Assembly (NCBI GenBank): GCA_003693705.1
Contig: RBZT01000352.1
Span: forward strand, 1 to 47,198
DNA length: 47,198 bases
DNA from: Polymyxa betae A26-41
Lineage: Eukaryota > Protista > Endomyxa: Phytomyxea
Direction: 5' to 3'
This document shows positions 1 through 12,643 of the stretch, piece by piece. Made by a program: the position numbers and the translations under genes. The notes beneath the pieces are model-generated. The model saw only the letters and a program-made list of their open reading frames with translations. It was not told the DNA's origin and searched no databases. The stretch's first letter is position 1. Every line of letters begins with the position of its first letter.

Positions 1-510
1 GTAGAGGGCTGCGTCATCTTGGAAACTATTTATGATGAACATCATGAGACGAGCGTTGGATGTATCAACCAGACCCTATAGACCAGGAAACAGTCGATCG
101 ATGTAAACATCGGACTCTATTCCGATCTGGAGCTGGCGCTGCTGCAGCCTGCTCGCTCTCGGTTGCCTTCTCATGTCAGGAGCACTCGCAAACCGATCCA
201 ATTCGAGTTGCTTTTTACCTCTCTCGCTTTGTGTTGGCTTGTGCTCTGTTTGTGCCGTTTGTCATTCCAAAATATTTAACTTTGCCCAAATCCTCGAATG
301 GTATACCAGATTATCATATGACAAAGATTCAGTATCAATGTAGATCGGTATTTGCAAGGACGTCATTGGGGCCATAAAACAGGAATCGGTATAGCATATG
401 CAGTAGTTGGTGCTGAAATTGGTCCATTATTGTCCACCAGGGCGTGCTTCGAGACTATCATAGCCCTGGATCGGGAGTCGCCTCTAAGAAAGCAACTTTG
501 GTGGTCGTAA

Positions 511-523
511 GTTAGGGTTAGGG
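511..523 (+). repeat. Two TTAGGG units
   Basis: gttagggttaggg. Confidence 0.5.
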
Positions 524-652
524 TCCGAGGGCATCGGATTGGATTTATTCAGATCTTGAAAATTGTCAGCGCCAGATCTGCCTGCACGTTGTGAATCACA
601 CAAGAATGCGCCCTTGGAAGATCTTGGCAGGTGCCAATCCTGAGGGTTTGAA

Positions 653-1655
653 TTAGCGATACCATATACAGATCTGTAGAGTATTACCTAGCAGACAGAA
701 AGCGAGGAAATGGGCAACTGTGGAGACCATGACCGAAGTCAATGCATAATAAATCCAGGCAGCGATGCAAATAGCTCCAGGAACCACATAAAAGCGCCGC
801 TTTCTGCTTTGTAATGCGAATGGGACTGCAAATCCGGCAAGAGCAGACCATACGATGGAGACACCATAGCAGCCCATGCCTGAATCAATTCAGCGATCGC
901 GAAATGGAAAGCGAGACGAATCCAACCTAGGCACAAGGCGATCTGGAAAGCGAAAAGAGCTGCTATAAGACAGAGAAGAATTGCAATCAATGATCGAGGA
1001 CTCTTGGATTGAGATTGCCTCGGTGACGATAACAGTGCAACGAACAACGTCGCGATCGTCACCGCGAGCATAGCGTAGTTCAGAACAACGTCCGTCACGT
1101 TGCCTTTGTAGCACAGGATCTCTCCGACCGTGATATCATTGCCTTGATACTTCGACATTGCAGCTTTAATGATCGATCGCTCAGCACAAATCGGAATTAG
1201 GTCGGTCCAAGATTGATCTTGCATATTGGTTCACTCTCAAACTTTCGAGATAGGAAAACTGGGAAACCTGTTGAGGATGGCAAAACGGCTTCGGAATTCT
1301 GACCTAACCAACAACTCGCTGTGATCAGGTCGACTTGATCAAAGTAACAAAGGCCTTCGTGGTCGAAAATAAACAGAGATGTCAGAGATTGATTGAAGCC
1401 TATTGAGTGAATGGATTGTTTCAATGAGATGAAGTCATGGAAGTCGGCAGAATATAGAACAGTGTGATTCTTGCAATACGATTGCCCTACCGTTGCGGAT
1501 ACCATCTGAAAATCGGAATGTTCCCTCCCGGTTCATAACCGACTGGCTCGCAGGGAAATGAACAGCCAGGTTAAGAACAGCAAAGGATTTGCAATAATAA
1601 GAATGCGCTTGTTGTAGAAGCTGCCGGAATCTGCTGGATTAAGATCGTTTCCCAT
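653..1655 (-). CDS. Multi-exon hypothetical membrane protein; weakly SPPL2-like (possible PA-like lumenal part plus TM helices), apparently truncated
   Basis: A hydrophobic N-terminus from ATG 1655 and ORFs 1197-1505, 739-1224 and 653-877 can be joined by short GT-AG introns (e.g. LCLG|MGCYGVSIVW). Several TM segments. No YD or GxGD motif seen. Confidence 0.35.
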
Positions 1656-2044
1656 TCCATTTTCCAGATGTTGTTGCGGTCTTGCCCGTACTCAGTCTGC
1701 AATTAGCATGTTCTGTTAGCACACGATCAGCTTGCCCCGATTATCACCTAACTCAATATTCGAACAGCATACAATATCTGCATAGGATTCGTTGATCATC
1801 AAGTCGTCACTCGATCGCTCTGACCAAAATACTGGGCAACAATTGCCACCGAAAGTTTTTGCTACGATGCTTTTTTTATTTAGACTTCGCACTTATTTTA
1901 AGAGGACTTTGCCAAAGCCACAGTTTGAAGAATTCGGCTGTCTAAAAAAGTGCGCCCTTTCAGTAGCTTAAGCCTTAATGAAACACAGCAGGGAGATTTC
2001 AGATCCTTTCGATTCTATGCTATCTTGACGTTAGCGACAAAGTC

Positions 2045-2347
2045 ATGGCATCCGTGCAGGGCGAAGACGACATGCCCAATCAGAAAGAACCCAGGGCATG
2101 CTCGGCGTGTCCGAAACTGAAAGCCGCCTACCAGCGCTGCTTTGACGGCTGGTTTCAGGATAAGTTTTTAAGAGGCGAAGTCAGCAAGTTGGGATGTGTT
2201 GAAGAGTTCAAACGCTATCAGGAATGCGTCGTGGTAAACTAGATTTTGACTGTTGTTGATGTCTTTCTTATTCCTGTTTAGGAAACAATCAGAAACAAAG
2301 GGCTGTCTCGCATTTTGGAGGGTGAGGACCCTTTCAAATCAAAATAA
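2045..2347 (+). CDS. MDM35: Mitochondrial intermembrane-space twin-Cys protein Mdm35/TRIAP1
   Basis: CPKLKAAYQRCFDGWFQDKFLRG...CVEEFKRYQEC twin CX9C pattern. Intron 2234-2281, exon 2 encodes ETIRNKGLSRILEGEDPFKSK*. Confidence 0.9.
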
Positions 2348-2628
2348 CGCGTCTACAATATCAGAGGATGCCCTATTCAAATACTCTGTTAAGATTGAAG
2401 AGTGATCAGTTCTACTTATTCATTGTAATTTGTGATATTCCCAATACAATTTGTAGCTGATGCTCTATTAGAGACTCTCACCTCAATCAATCCTATTTCA
2501 TTACAATATCCCGTTTAACACGGCTTCGTTGGGAGTATCCATTCACACCATCTCATTGTCAGAAATGCGCCTGGTCTGGCCATGACAGAATTGTCTCATT
2601 GCGATAATCGGGTATCATCCTGGCGTCC

Positions 2629-2910
2629 ATGTTTGCAGAGATAGTGCTCGTCCTGCGACGTCAGATGTGGAATGCCTTTCTTCTAGGGGCGCCATCGGGT
2701 GGAATGTTGATCGACTCCAATTTGTTGTCGACGAACCTGTTGGTACCAATGCTCTAATGTTTGAATATTATCGGCCATTCGCTAAGGAAAAAAAGTGTTT
2801 GTGCTGCCGAGCCATGCCACTCTTCCACCTGGATTCTATCACAACTGTTCTGGATTGAACTGAAATTCCAGGCTCTACAACGACGTTATTATAGAATCTT
2901 GGAATTAATC
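2629..2910 (+). pseudogene. Decayed copy of the NUP160 5' end
   Basis: MFAEIVLVL.. resembles MLAETGLVL.. at 4312. 2810-2890 (ccactcttccacctggattctatcacaactgttctggattgaactgaaattccaggctctaca) is near-identical to about 4430-4495, with indels and an early stop. Confidence 0.75.
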
Positions 2911-3849
2911 TTAGTGCATCCCTTTTCCCTCGAGATTCCATGTGACGGTATAATTGAACCAGACGGATCCGTGGTGCGTCCGGTTCTAAACATGCCGATT
3001 GAGGACGCCCAATCTCCGATGGTTTGGTTTGCCCACTGCACAAAAATTCGTTTTTCCTTCCAGTACTACAATAGTGTTAGAAGTTTGCTTGTATTTGATA
3101 CCGGCGTCTTTTTTTTGTCCTATGGACGGATAACCGATAAATGGTTTCTGGTTCCGAGATTCAGCTATGCATCTCTTGTGATTACAGCCGTCCACATGCC
3201 TGAGTACTGACAGAGATCGAATTACGGGAAAGCTGAGATGCGCTTTGCTTTCTTTATTCTCATCGAGGCAGCCATGCTAATCCTTCTTCCAGCCCGAAAC
3301 GAAGAAATCCTACTCCCTCAACTGGGTGATCTTCAGTGTTTGCAAACAGCAAATATCACGGACCGTCAAGAAGGCGATAACATACCGAACGCCTTTCTCA
3401 ACAGCAGCGCCACGTCTTCGAAATCCAAATTCAACATGTCATGGACGCAGAATTCCACATCGTTTTAGAAACCCTGTTTAGAAGTGAGAAGTCCAGCTTC
3501 AAAGCATACTTTCTGGATGGAATTCTATTCCGTTTATTTGAAATGGCCTTCCGCATCGGTCATGCAAATTGATTGGATCAAAATGAACAATGTCTCCTGC
3601 TGCCGAGTCACTCATAAGTGGCGGCTTTGCAGAATCCGATTGACAAATTGACGTTATCGGAAAGTGCATGAAAACCCGCAAATGCAGATCAGGAACTGGG
3701 AAGTCAGGAACTCAACGTTTCGCTGAAAAAGTAAGTGGGTTAAGAGGAAGATTTTGATGATGTTTATCGAGCGGATATCCGAGGCCTGTTTCACGCCGAA
3801 AACGACCTGCATAATCAAGAGCATATCGGCCGAACGCTATAGATGCTGC

Positions 3850-4060
3850 CTCAGCAACTCTTTTTAGGAGAAAGTTTTTTGAGGTAAAGTCAGCGAATTA
3901 ATAAATGCTTTGAGCAATTGAAAGGATTACAGGAATGTGCCATGGTCATTTGATTTAAATGTTTCTACTGATGTCTAGAATCCTGTTCGGAAGCAATCAG
4001 AAACAAAGGGTGATCTCGCGTATTGGAGTATGACGACTGAGGACTCTTTGAAATAAACTT
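3850..4060 (+). pseudogene. Decayed MDM35 duplicate
   Basis: Colinear with about 2130-2347 (e.g. caatcagaaacaaaggg, caggaatg, tgaggac.ctttgaaat), including the intron remnant, but with frameshifts and stops. Confidence 0.8.
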
Positions 4061-4311
4061 TAAGAACTTTAGGAATCGTTTGATCATGCTTTCTATGGTG
4101 CCCATATACACTTACTAACCCCATTTTATACAATTCGTAGATTCCTGCTATCAACTATGGCTTTACAGCAATTCTCCAACGAAGGGACAATCTTGTCTTA
4201 TTCTCCCTTCAAAACAAACCTTCCATAGAGATGTGATTGCCACGACATCGTTGCGGTTGGTCTTGGAGAGAACTGCGTCATTGCGAATAATCGGCACTCG
4301 TCCTGGCATCG

Positions 4312-7300
4312 ATGTTGGCAGAGACGGGGCTAGTCCTGGATGGTCCCGTCCTGGGCGACATCCAGCTTGGGAGCGCCTTGCTTCTGACCGAAGGGACGCC
4401 CTCCGATATCTGTATCACGTGGCGGGCCCATCACTCTTCCACCCGGATTCTCATCACAGCTGTTCTGGATGAAACTGAAATTCGAGGTTCTACAGCATTG
4501 TTATTTCTAGCAGTATTTCGATGATGTCCAATTCTGTTGGCAGCTTGCTGGTCCCCAACAACCTTTTTCGATTTCAGTTCTGTATTTCTCTACCAGCTCA
4601 GGATGCTCCCTTTTTCTCGATTTCGAAAATTTTCTGGTGATTCTTTGGCCAATGAAAGATTCCAGGTCCCGACTTTCAGCTGCCTCGTGCGATTACCGCC
4701 GTTGACATGTGCGAGTACCTCACTGAGATCGATGACGGCAAAACCGAGGCGCGTCTCGCCTTCTTCGTCCTCACTGAAGGCCACCAGCTCTACCGATTCA
4801 GCATCGCGCATCCGGGCCTGTACGGCGGAGCATGGCCGCCGGCTCCCGAACCGGAATCTTCGTACAGTTTCACAAAAGTTGGTTTTTGCTCGCTAGATTT
4901 CTCCGAAATTCGATTCATTAAACCTTGTGCAGGTTCCGGCGTCGTCAAACGTGGTCGCGCTCGTCGCCGTCAACGCCTTCACCGGTCTGGTCGCGTTCTC
5001 CTGTGGCAGCATTGTTTATGCAACAATCCATCCGGAAATCCAGGCTGACCCGTCGCAGCGCGAATTCGATCTGAATCCGTATGGGCGCCGTTCGCCGCTG
5101 TCGTACTGGCTCTGACCTCGATGCAGGCCACGGTCGCATGGTCTTCTGAGATCGTTTGTGTTCGGCGATGGGAATCAGCGCCCTGTGCCGGTGTCGCTGA
5201 CATTGTTGCCGTATACGGTCGTGAACAATGTCGATCATCTCGAGCATGAGGTAGAACCTCTTTCTGGATTTTACTGAAACTGTTTTTCAAGTTAGCTGTC
5301 CTGATTATGGAAAGAATTCTGAAAGAAGCGTTTTCAACTGACAATTTTTATAGATCAGTGTGGTGGCCGTCTTGTGCTCGGATGGCTGCTTGCGCCTTTG
5401 GAATGTTGCCCATACGAGACCATTCGCGTCCTATCGTCTCGCCGATTCCATAATCAAGGCGCGAATGGCGGTCGAATCTGTCGGGCAAAACCAATTCTGT
5501 GTCGTCGTCTATGTGAACGATATGACCTTGGCCCAGGTGCGTCTAGTCACCGACTCATCTTGCTGCCTTATCTAATCTTCTGCAGTTTTACGGATGTCAG
5601 CTGGATTTGAATCCATCTGAACCCGAATTCCAGATTCAAAATCAAATCGAATGCTCGACGGTATGCATTCCCTCATCTTGCATAACTAAGCATTGAATAA
5701 TGGAATCAGCTTCCGATTGTTGATTTTCGCATCTCACGCGACCGATTATGGGCGGTCTGGGCTACGCCTGAAGGATATAGCATCCAATACTATCCGATAT
5801 TTTGGTGGGATTTCTGCCTCAAAAGAAATATATACAAAAATTCTCATTCTTTTCTGCAGTGGCATGGATCAGTCTAGCAGCAACAAAGGCTGGACGCCCG
5901 TCCTGTCTCAAGTCGATCAGAGCAACCAAACGTCGAGCGTCGCTCCAGATGCGGTCCAGTACGCCGAGTAGGGCGCCAAATGGGCAAATCGTTTCCAAGA
6001 TGTCTGAATTTCCCCAGGTCGGCGTCTGTTCTTCGTCAAATGTTCGAGTATCTGCTGTTTGGCCAATCGCGATACGATATTCTGATCTTGAACCACGTCC
6101 TATGTGACATGTACGCAGCCTATATACCCGTCTGCTACCGTATCTAATTGTCTTTCTTAAATCAGACACCGGCAGTCGTTTCGAGCCGCCAACACCTATG
6201 ACGAAATCAAGCACGAGATCCTGTCTTACATCGAGACCAGTGTCAATGAGATACTGGCCCAAGAGACAGGTCAGGCGGTTTTTGCTTTCTGTCGGAGCGT
6301 AGCCGAATATGTTGCATAGATGTGGATAGCAGCACGGAGATGGCGGCCTGGTTCCGTATCTGGTCGTCGTTCCTCGACGACTGTCGCATTTTCCAGTCGA
6401 AATTCGAAATGCCGATTTCTCTTATTCCGCTCTCGCCCAGTTCCTCTCGAATTCTGATCTGCATCAAGTCCCAAGGTGGGTTTCTTCCCGCAATTCATTG
6501 TCCCTGTCAGAACAGCTTTAACTCTGTTGCTTTTCTCTGTAGGACTTTCGCAGATACGAGAAGCTGACGTGTCCGAGAAACTACTATCAATCGAATACTG
6601 TTCGCAGTCGCGATCTGTTCCAGATTTCACGCGCCAATTGATGCTCGTTTGCAATCGGTAATCAGCTCTTATCGCGAATCGTATCGAATCCTTGTCTATC
6701 TTATAGTTGCTGGTTCTCTCCGATATTTCCTATTAACCCCTGATTTGCAGATTTGTTGCTGAGTTCGCAGTCGATACCGATTACCTTGCTGTGGTCGATG
6801 GGGTATTTAACCGGCCTGAATCATCCCCGCCTTCATTATCGGGTTCGTCCTGTCAATCTATGATAGCGATGTTTCGCTGAATTCCAATGATAGACTACCT
6901 TCAGAATACTCTGGAAGAAGCTCATGAAATCTGTGCTTCGCTGAGCCGTATTATCAATGATGGGCTGGGCCCTCTGATTCCTCATTTGGAACAAACTGTG
7001 CGAAAATTGCTCAATCAATTACTGCCGAGTATGTCCTCTGAATCGATGCCCTTCCATCTGGTTGCCAATTCTGCTTCATCACCGCTGATCTCTGGCTGCG
7101 TCTCCCAGATTATCTCGTACGACATCGGTTTTCCAGTTTTGCGGAATTTTCATAATCTTCGTGATGCACAGGTCTCGATATGTTTGCGTTCGAAATCTTT
7201 CAGTTTGTCTCCTGTTTGCCTCTTCACAAGCTGACTATCAGCTTCCTGCGACTTTATTGCAGGATCTGAGAGCCGCTTTTCAAACGATCAGCGTCATTCG

Positions 7301-9113
7301 CTGGATCTCGTTGCAATATTGCACTGTGCCCAGCGAATTCTCTGCTCCCATCATTGGATCCAAACAACGCTCCATTACGGATATCATCGCCGTTCTTGAT
7401 AGGAATCCTGCTTCTCTATTCTCGGATTCGGTTTCAATTATCGAGCAGATTGTTCGTCGTAGCCCGGTTACAATCGGTCGCATCCTGCTGCGTTCACGCC
7501 AGTTCACGCTGCTGTTCGAGTTATGCTGTCGACTGGATGCGCTCTCGTTCGATTCGGCTGCCCGCCTAGCTCTGCTGTATTACCGTGGCGTCTGCTCTGT
7601 ATCGTTCGGCCATTGCGAAAAGGCCATGCTGTATCTGATTCCAACCCTGTCTGCCGATGATGACGAATTCATTCGGAAGCACACCGATTTCAGCACATCG
7701 TCAGAGTACGCTATGCATTTGGTGACCATGCTCACCAAACAAGGTCGTCGCGACCTTGCATTAGCGCTTCCTGCCGACGAGCAATGGATCTTCCAGGCGA
7801 ACCTTGCTCTCTGCCGTTATAAAATCGCATACGAAATGCTGAACGCTGAACGCGTTCGTGACATGGTGCTCGCTATCTGTCGATCCGGGCACTTCCATCT
7901 ATTCAGAGAGTTACCATGGATTGGGTTTCGTCAAGACGTGCATAACGTTCTTTCGCAGCTCGCTTCTGAATCGCCAGTTACCTCTGTACCGGATTATTAC
8001 GCGATTCTGTATGCAACGCTGTTGCAGCATGACGATCGGCATTCAGCTGCTGGTGTAATGTGGCGATGCAGTCAGGCCTGGCATGATGTTCAGCCGAGCA
8101 CCCGAGAGACACTACAGCGCGAGTGTGATACCCTCGCTATAACATTACACACATTACGCAACTGTGATAAATCGGAAGCCTTGATTCTGCATCGATATCA
8201 AAGCGACGGGATGACCGACGGTCTGCCTCCAACAGATCCTGATATTGGTATGTTCAAAGTTTTGTTATGATTCTGGTTTCTAATGGCTGCTTAGTGCAGT
8301 TGGCTGGTTCTCATTTATCGATTATCACCGGTGACGACGTTTCCAAAATTCTGCAGTTACGTTTGGTGCAACTGAAATTAGCTGACCACGACCTAAGTTG
8401 TGCATCTCCCGGGTCGTTATCTGTTAACGAGACCGTCTCGGCGTTGGTCAATTCTGGCTTGATGGCGGCTGCTGTATCAATTGCACCGAAATCGCTTCTT
8501 CCCTCGTTGTTCAATGTCTTTGTTGAGAAATGTCTCGCTTTAGATCAGAATGCCCAGGATGTTCGCATCTATATAGAGGTAATGAGCTACGTAATAGGAA
8601 TGTGCTGGCACTGAATCGCACCCAGAATGGTGGTGTCATGTCGTTGAGCGACGTTGCGCCATCGTTACATCATGAATGGCTTCGCAAAAACGCATGGAAG
8701 GAGCTTCAACAGTCTCTCGAATCCGTTAAAGATTTGTCGCTCTACAAATTATGTGCAACACGCATCCTACAGCTAGATCAGCGTCGTGGTCAGCTTCCAA
8801 TGTGGCTGCTCGATCGGTGATTTCTATTTCATTTGTTATGATGTTCGTGTTGACAAACTTTTTCAGGTTCCGAGGCTCGTTTGGGGCATCAGAAACGGAT
8901 CCTACATGGATGTTACGGTTGTTATTGCAATACCATATGCCGGGTGAAGCTGCCAGGTTTGCAATTGACTGTCTTCAGTATCCATCCGATCATATTCCCA
9001 TCATTATAATGGAGGAAATAATCAACATCTGTAAAAAATCGACTCAGCTTTGTCGATTCGAAAGGATCTTAAATTTATTATTGCCCAACGAATCGAGATT
9101 ACAAACAGTGTGA
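4312..9113 (+). CDS. NUP160: Nucleoporin Nup160/Nup120 (multi-exon)
   Basis: Motifs resemble Nup160: VLCSDGCLRLWNV (beta-propeller), LPWIGFRQDVHNVL, DYYAILYATLLQHDDRHSAAGVMW, LPMWLL..DPTWMLRLLLQY. Exact exon ends not all resolved. Confidence 0.8.
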
Positions 9114-9175
9114 TAAAGAAACCTATGTAAACACACCATATGTTTGAATCATCTTCATGTAGTCTTCTTATCCAA

Positions 9176-10202
9176 TTATTTCGAAGAGCAAGAAACAGTT
9201 TGCAGTTTTGCTTCGAACATTGGTTTTGAGAGCAGATCTATGAATATGTGTTCACCTGAATCCCTTAGCCACACCTGTTTTATGATAAGAAACAGAATAA
9301 TGAATACTCTCATGCAAATGTAGACCTTAAAATGATGTTCCAGTTCACTTTGAATGGCTCGTCTGCTGGGCTCATGGGCGCTGGACGTTTTTATCATGTT
9401 CTGAACTTCAAGGAGTCTTGCTTGCCGTCGCTCCAACCCTGGTGCCATTCATCAATTTAAATTTCTTTGATGCAGTTCATTGTACCTTGTTGATAAGCAG
9501 ATGGAATCAAAAACGCACTTGGAGCGTACTTTTCAAATGGAATGGGATACAACACAAAATCATCGGGATCCAAAACAGAACAACTATTGTGCCCGCCTTC
9601 AACGACGAAATTTATGGGGTTTTCTAATTCTTGAGGAAAAAGATCTGAATGCGTTGAAGTAAGTCAGAAATTACACTAGAGAAACTATATAATCTTATCT
9701 TTCTACTAATTCTTTCTGCTGTGAAAAAAATGCATTAAAGGGACCAAATATAAGCCTCGAGCACCTAGAATCGACTTCGACAGGGCGTAAACAGAATGTA
9801 TAAAGAAAGCAATTTGATGATTTACTGCAAATTACTGAGCAGATGTATGTTCTCTATAACGGCTTACAAAATTTGGATCGAGCGGGCAGCGCAAGTTATG
9901 GCAGAAGATTTTGAATTCTCAATGTGAATGCTACCAAGACAAGCTGCTATAACAATGCGACAATTTTCACATGATCGGATGACGACCTGGTCAGCAGCAA
10001 CCCCAAGTAAAAATATGGCTGCATCTGTGCAATTGCTGATATAGCACATTGAGAGCGATTCCGATGCTGGCACTTTAAACCATTCTCCAACCAGATGTTC
10101 GATCTTCAACCTGTTAATGACTGAATTTGGTAGCACGGGATACGGTGGCCAGCCTGACTTTTTACCGAATCGGCAGATTGTTGGAACACCTTCGACTCCC
10201 AT
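9176..10202 (-). CDS. TBCC-domain protein, TBCCD1-like (C-terminal half only)
   Basis: Beta-helix CYISNCTDAAIFLLG..VVIRSCENCRIVIAA..IHIENS..ITCAARSIQI, then LIFGPFN, FVLYPIPFE..IPSAYQQGLERRQ..HHFKVWLRDSG, matching the TBCCD1 C-terminus. Confidence 0.75.
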
Positions 10203-10379
10203 ATCTCTATTCTATGATGCAAATGGTGAATCGAATTCTATTGTAGATGCATGGATTGAAATGATGCTAATGTTTCGCCTTATTACAAAGACAACTTGCA
10301 AAGGGCCGCTCCCACGCTAGGTATTGGTTCTAGCTCCCTTTTTGTCATTCAAAATTTTTACTTTCAAATCTAGACAACG

Positions 10380-12575
10380 ATGGTATTGCTTGAAGGTCTG
10401 TTAGCTGTCAGATTGCTGATCACAGTTCATAGTCGCAAGCAGCATTGGATCAAGCGATTGCTGAAGTAACCCGCAGCGTTCCCAGATTCATCACCGAATC
10501 AGGCGCTCACTACAAGTATTCGTATGGCACTGCTGGCTTTCGGGATGTTGCAGACCGGCTGCCATCAGCTATGGTTCGAGTCGGAATCCTCGCTGCTCTG
10601 GAATCGAAGTCATTTGGTGGCAAACCTGTCGGCGTGGTCATCACTGCTAGCCATAATCAAGTCGGTATCCTTAAACAAGAATAATCTGCAAATAACAAAT
10701 TGGCCAGGGATCTGACAATGGTGCCAAAATTATGGATTGTCATGGAGAAATGATGGCTCATTCTTGGGAAGACTTCGCAGGGGAGCTGGCGAATGCTTCT
10801 GAGGGTAATACCTTTCCATTCAATTCTGATATGGACTGTGAGCGACGATTATATTAGGTGAAGACGTTGCTAAATTGGTAAAAGAATTCGCAGCGAAGGA
10901 AACGATTGATTTATCATCACCCTCAATTGTAATGTTAAAGATCAGTTAGACAGCTAACATGATTGAAAAGTATAGGTATTCGTCGGAAGAGATACCCGGA
11001 AATCGTCTCCAATGCTAAGGGACTGCGTTGTGAAAGGAGTTCTGGCTATGGGAGGAAAAGTCTACGATCACGGTCAAGTCACGACTCCTCAGGTATATCT
11101 GTATATATGAGACCAGTAGAACCTCACTGGTCACTTAGCTGCATTGGATCGTTCGCTCTTATAACCAAAACCCATCACTGTTCGAGCCTTTAACCGGCGT
11201 CGACCGCAATCATTTGAAACATTACAATCAGAACATTGCAGATGCTGTTGCTGAACTTCTGGACGGGTAATAACAAGCACAGCATGTTTTCTGCCCAATG
11301 ATTAAATTGATTGATATCAGACCGGTCCCTACTCTGACAGTCGATTGTGCCAACGGGATTGGAGCTGTAGCGTTTAAAAATCTCCAACCATATATTTCTA
11401 AATATGTCCCCACTGTTACCCTGAATACCGCGATTGAAAATCATGCCAAGCTTAACAACAAAGTTGGTGCGGAGCACGTTCAGAAGACCCAGTAAATGCA
11501 ATATCAATGTTAACAGCATCTTTTTAACTCTCATGATTAGGCAGCTTCCTGAAGGTGTTAATCCCGATATGGATGTTCTTAAGAAATTCGCTTCGATCGA
11601 TGGCGACGCTGACAGAGTTGTTTATTTCTACGTCGACGCCAATAAGAAATTCTGTCTTCTTGATGGGGATAAGATCATTGCTTTAGTTGGCACTTATCTT
11701 CAAAAGTTGATCAAAGAAGCTAATCTAAATCTTCGCATTGGTATAGTCTCAGTTTGAAATGCTGCAACTCGCTTTGATGCGTCTAAGGCGTCGTCCAAAC
11801 GGCATATGCAAATGGAGCTGCAACGAACTATCTACAAACAGTGATTGGCGTGCCTGTAGCATGCGTTCCTACCGGTGTCAAGTTCCTCCACCATAAGGTT
11901 CTTATTTGAAACTGACATGCGACGTTTGACACGTTCCTTTAGGCAACCGAATATGACATTGGAATATACTTTGAAGCCAACGGTCATGGGACAGTCTTGT
12001 TCAGCCCAGAAAGCATTTCGAAAATAAGTGCAGTAGCAGCAGATAAAAAAAATCCTGCCGCTGTAAAAGCTGCCTCGCGTTTGTTGGCGCTGACCAAACT
12101 CATTAACCAGGTGGGCACAAACTGTCTGTCTTCATTTCTCTGAATGCTGCCAGGCTGTTGGTGATGCTATTAGCGACATTATGTTGATCGAAGTGGTTTT
12201 GTCATCTTTGAATATGGACCTTGAAGAATGGAACAAGTTCTATGCTGATCTACCCAGCTGCCAGGTGCGTTCCGATTTTGCAACTAACTTTTGAATGTTC
12301 ATTGACGTAATTTTTAACTCCAGTCGAAAGTCAAAGTCAAGGACAGAACAGTTGTCGTCACAACTGATGCTGAGCGTCGGGTATCTTCCCCAGCCTCCCT
12401 GCAAGCTTCTATCGACGAGGCTGTTAAGAAATTTAAATGTGGAAGAGCGTTTGTGCGCCCCTCTGGAACAGAAGACGTTATCCGCACATACGCTGAAGCG
12501 GCTACAGAGGCTGATGCGAAAACATTAAGCGATCTTGTTGTTAAGGCTGTTTATGAGCATGCTGGCGGAATCTAA
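10380..12575 (+). CDS. PGM3: Phosphoacetylglucosamine mutase (PGM3/AGM1/PCM1)
   Basis: [65 protein letters not shown]. Coding exon 1 is only ATG (10380-10382), followed by intron 10383-10432. Confidence 0.95.
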
Positions 12576-12643
12576 GAAAATGTCACTGCATTGTGTGTAC
12601 TAAATAATGATACAAACGCCATCTAGACTCAAACATTATTGCA

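Noticed and set aside
1-500. Plus-strand ORF 60-377 or a spliced minus-strand gene fragment
   Set aside because: No recognisable motif and no consistent model; truncated by the window edge.
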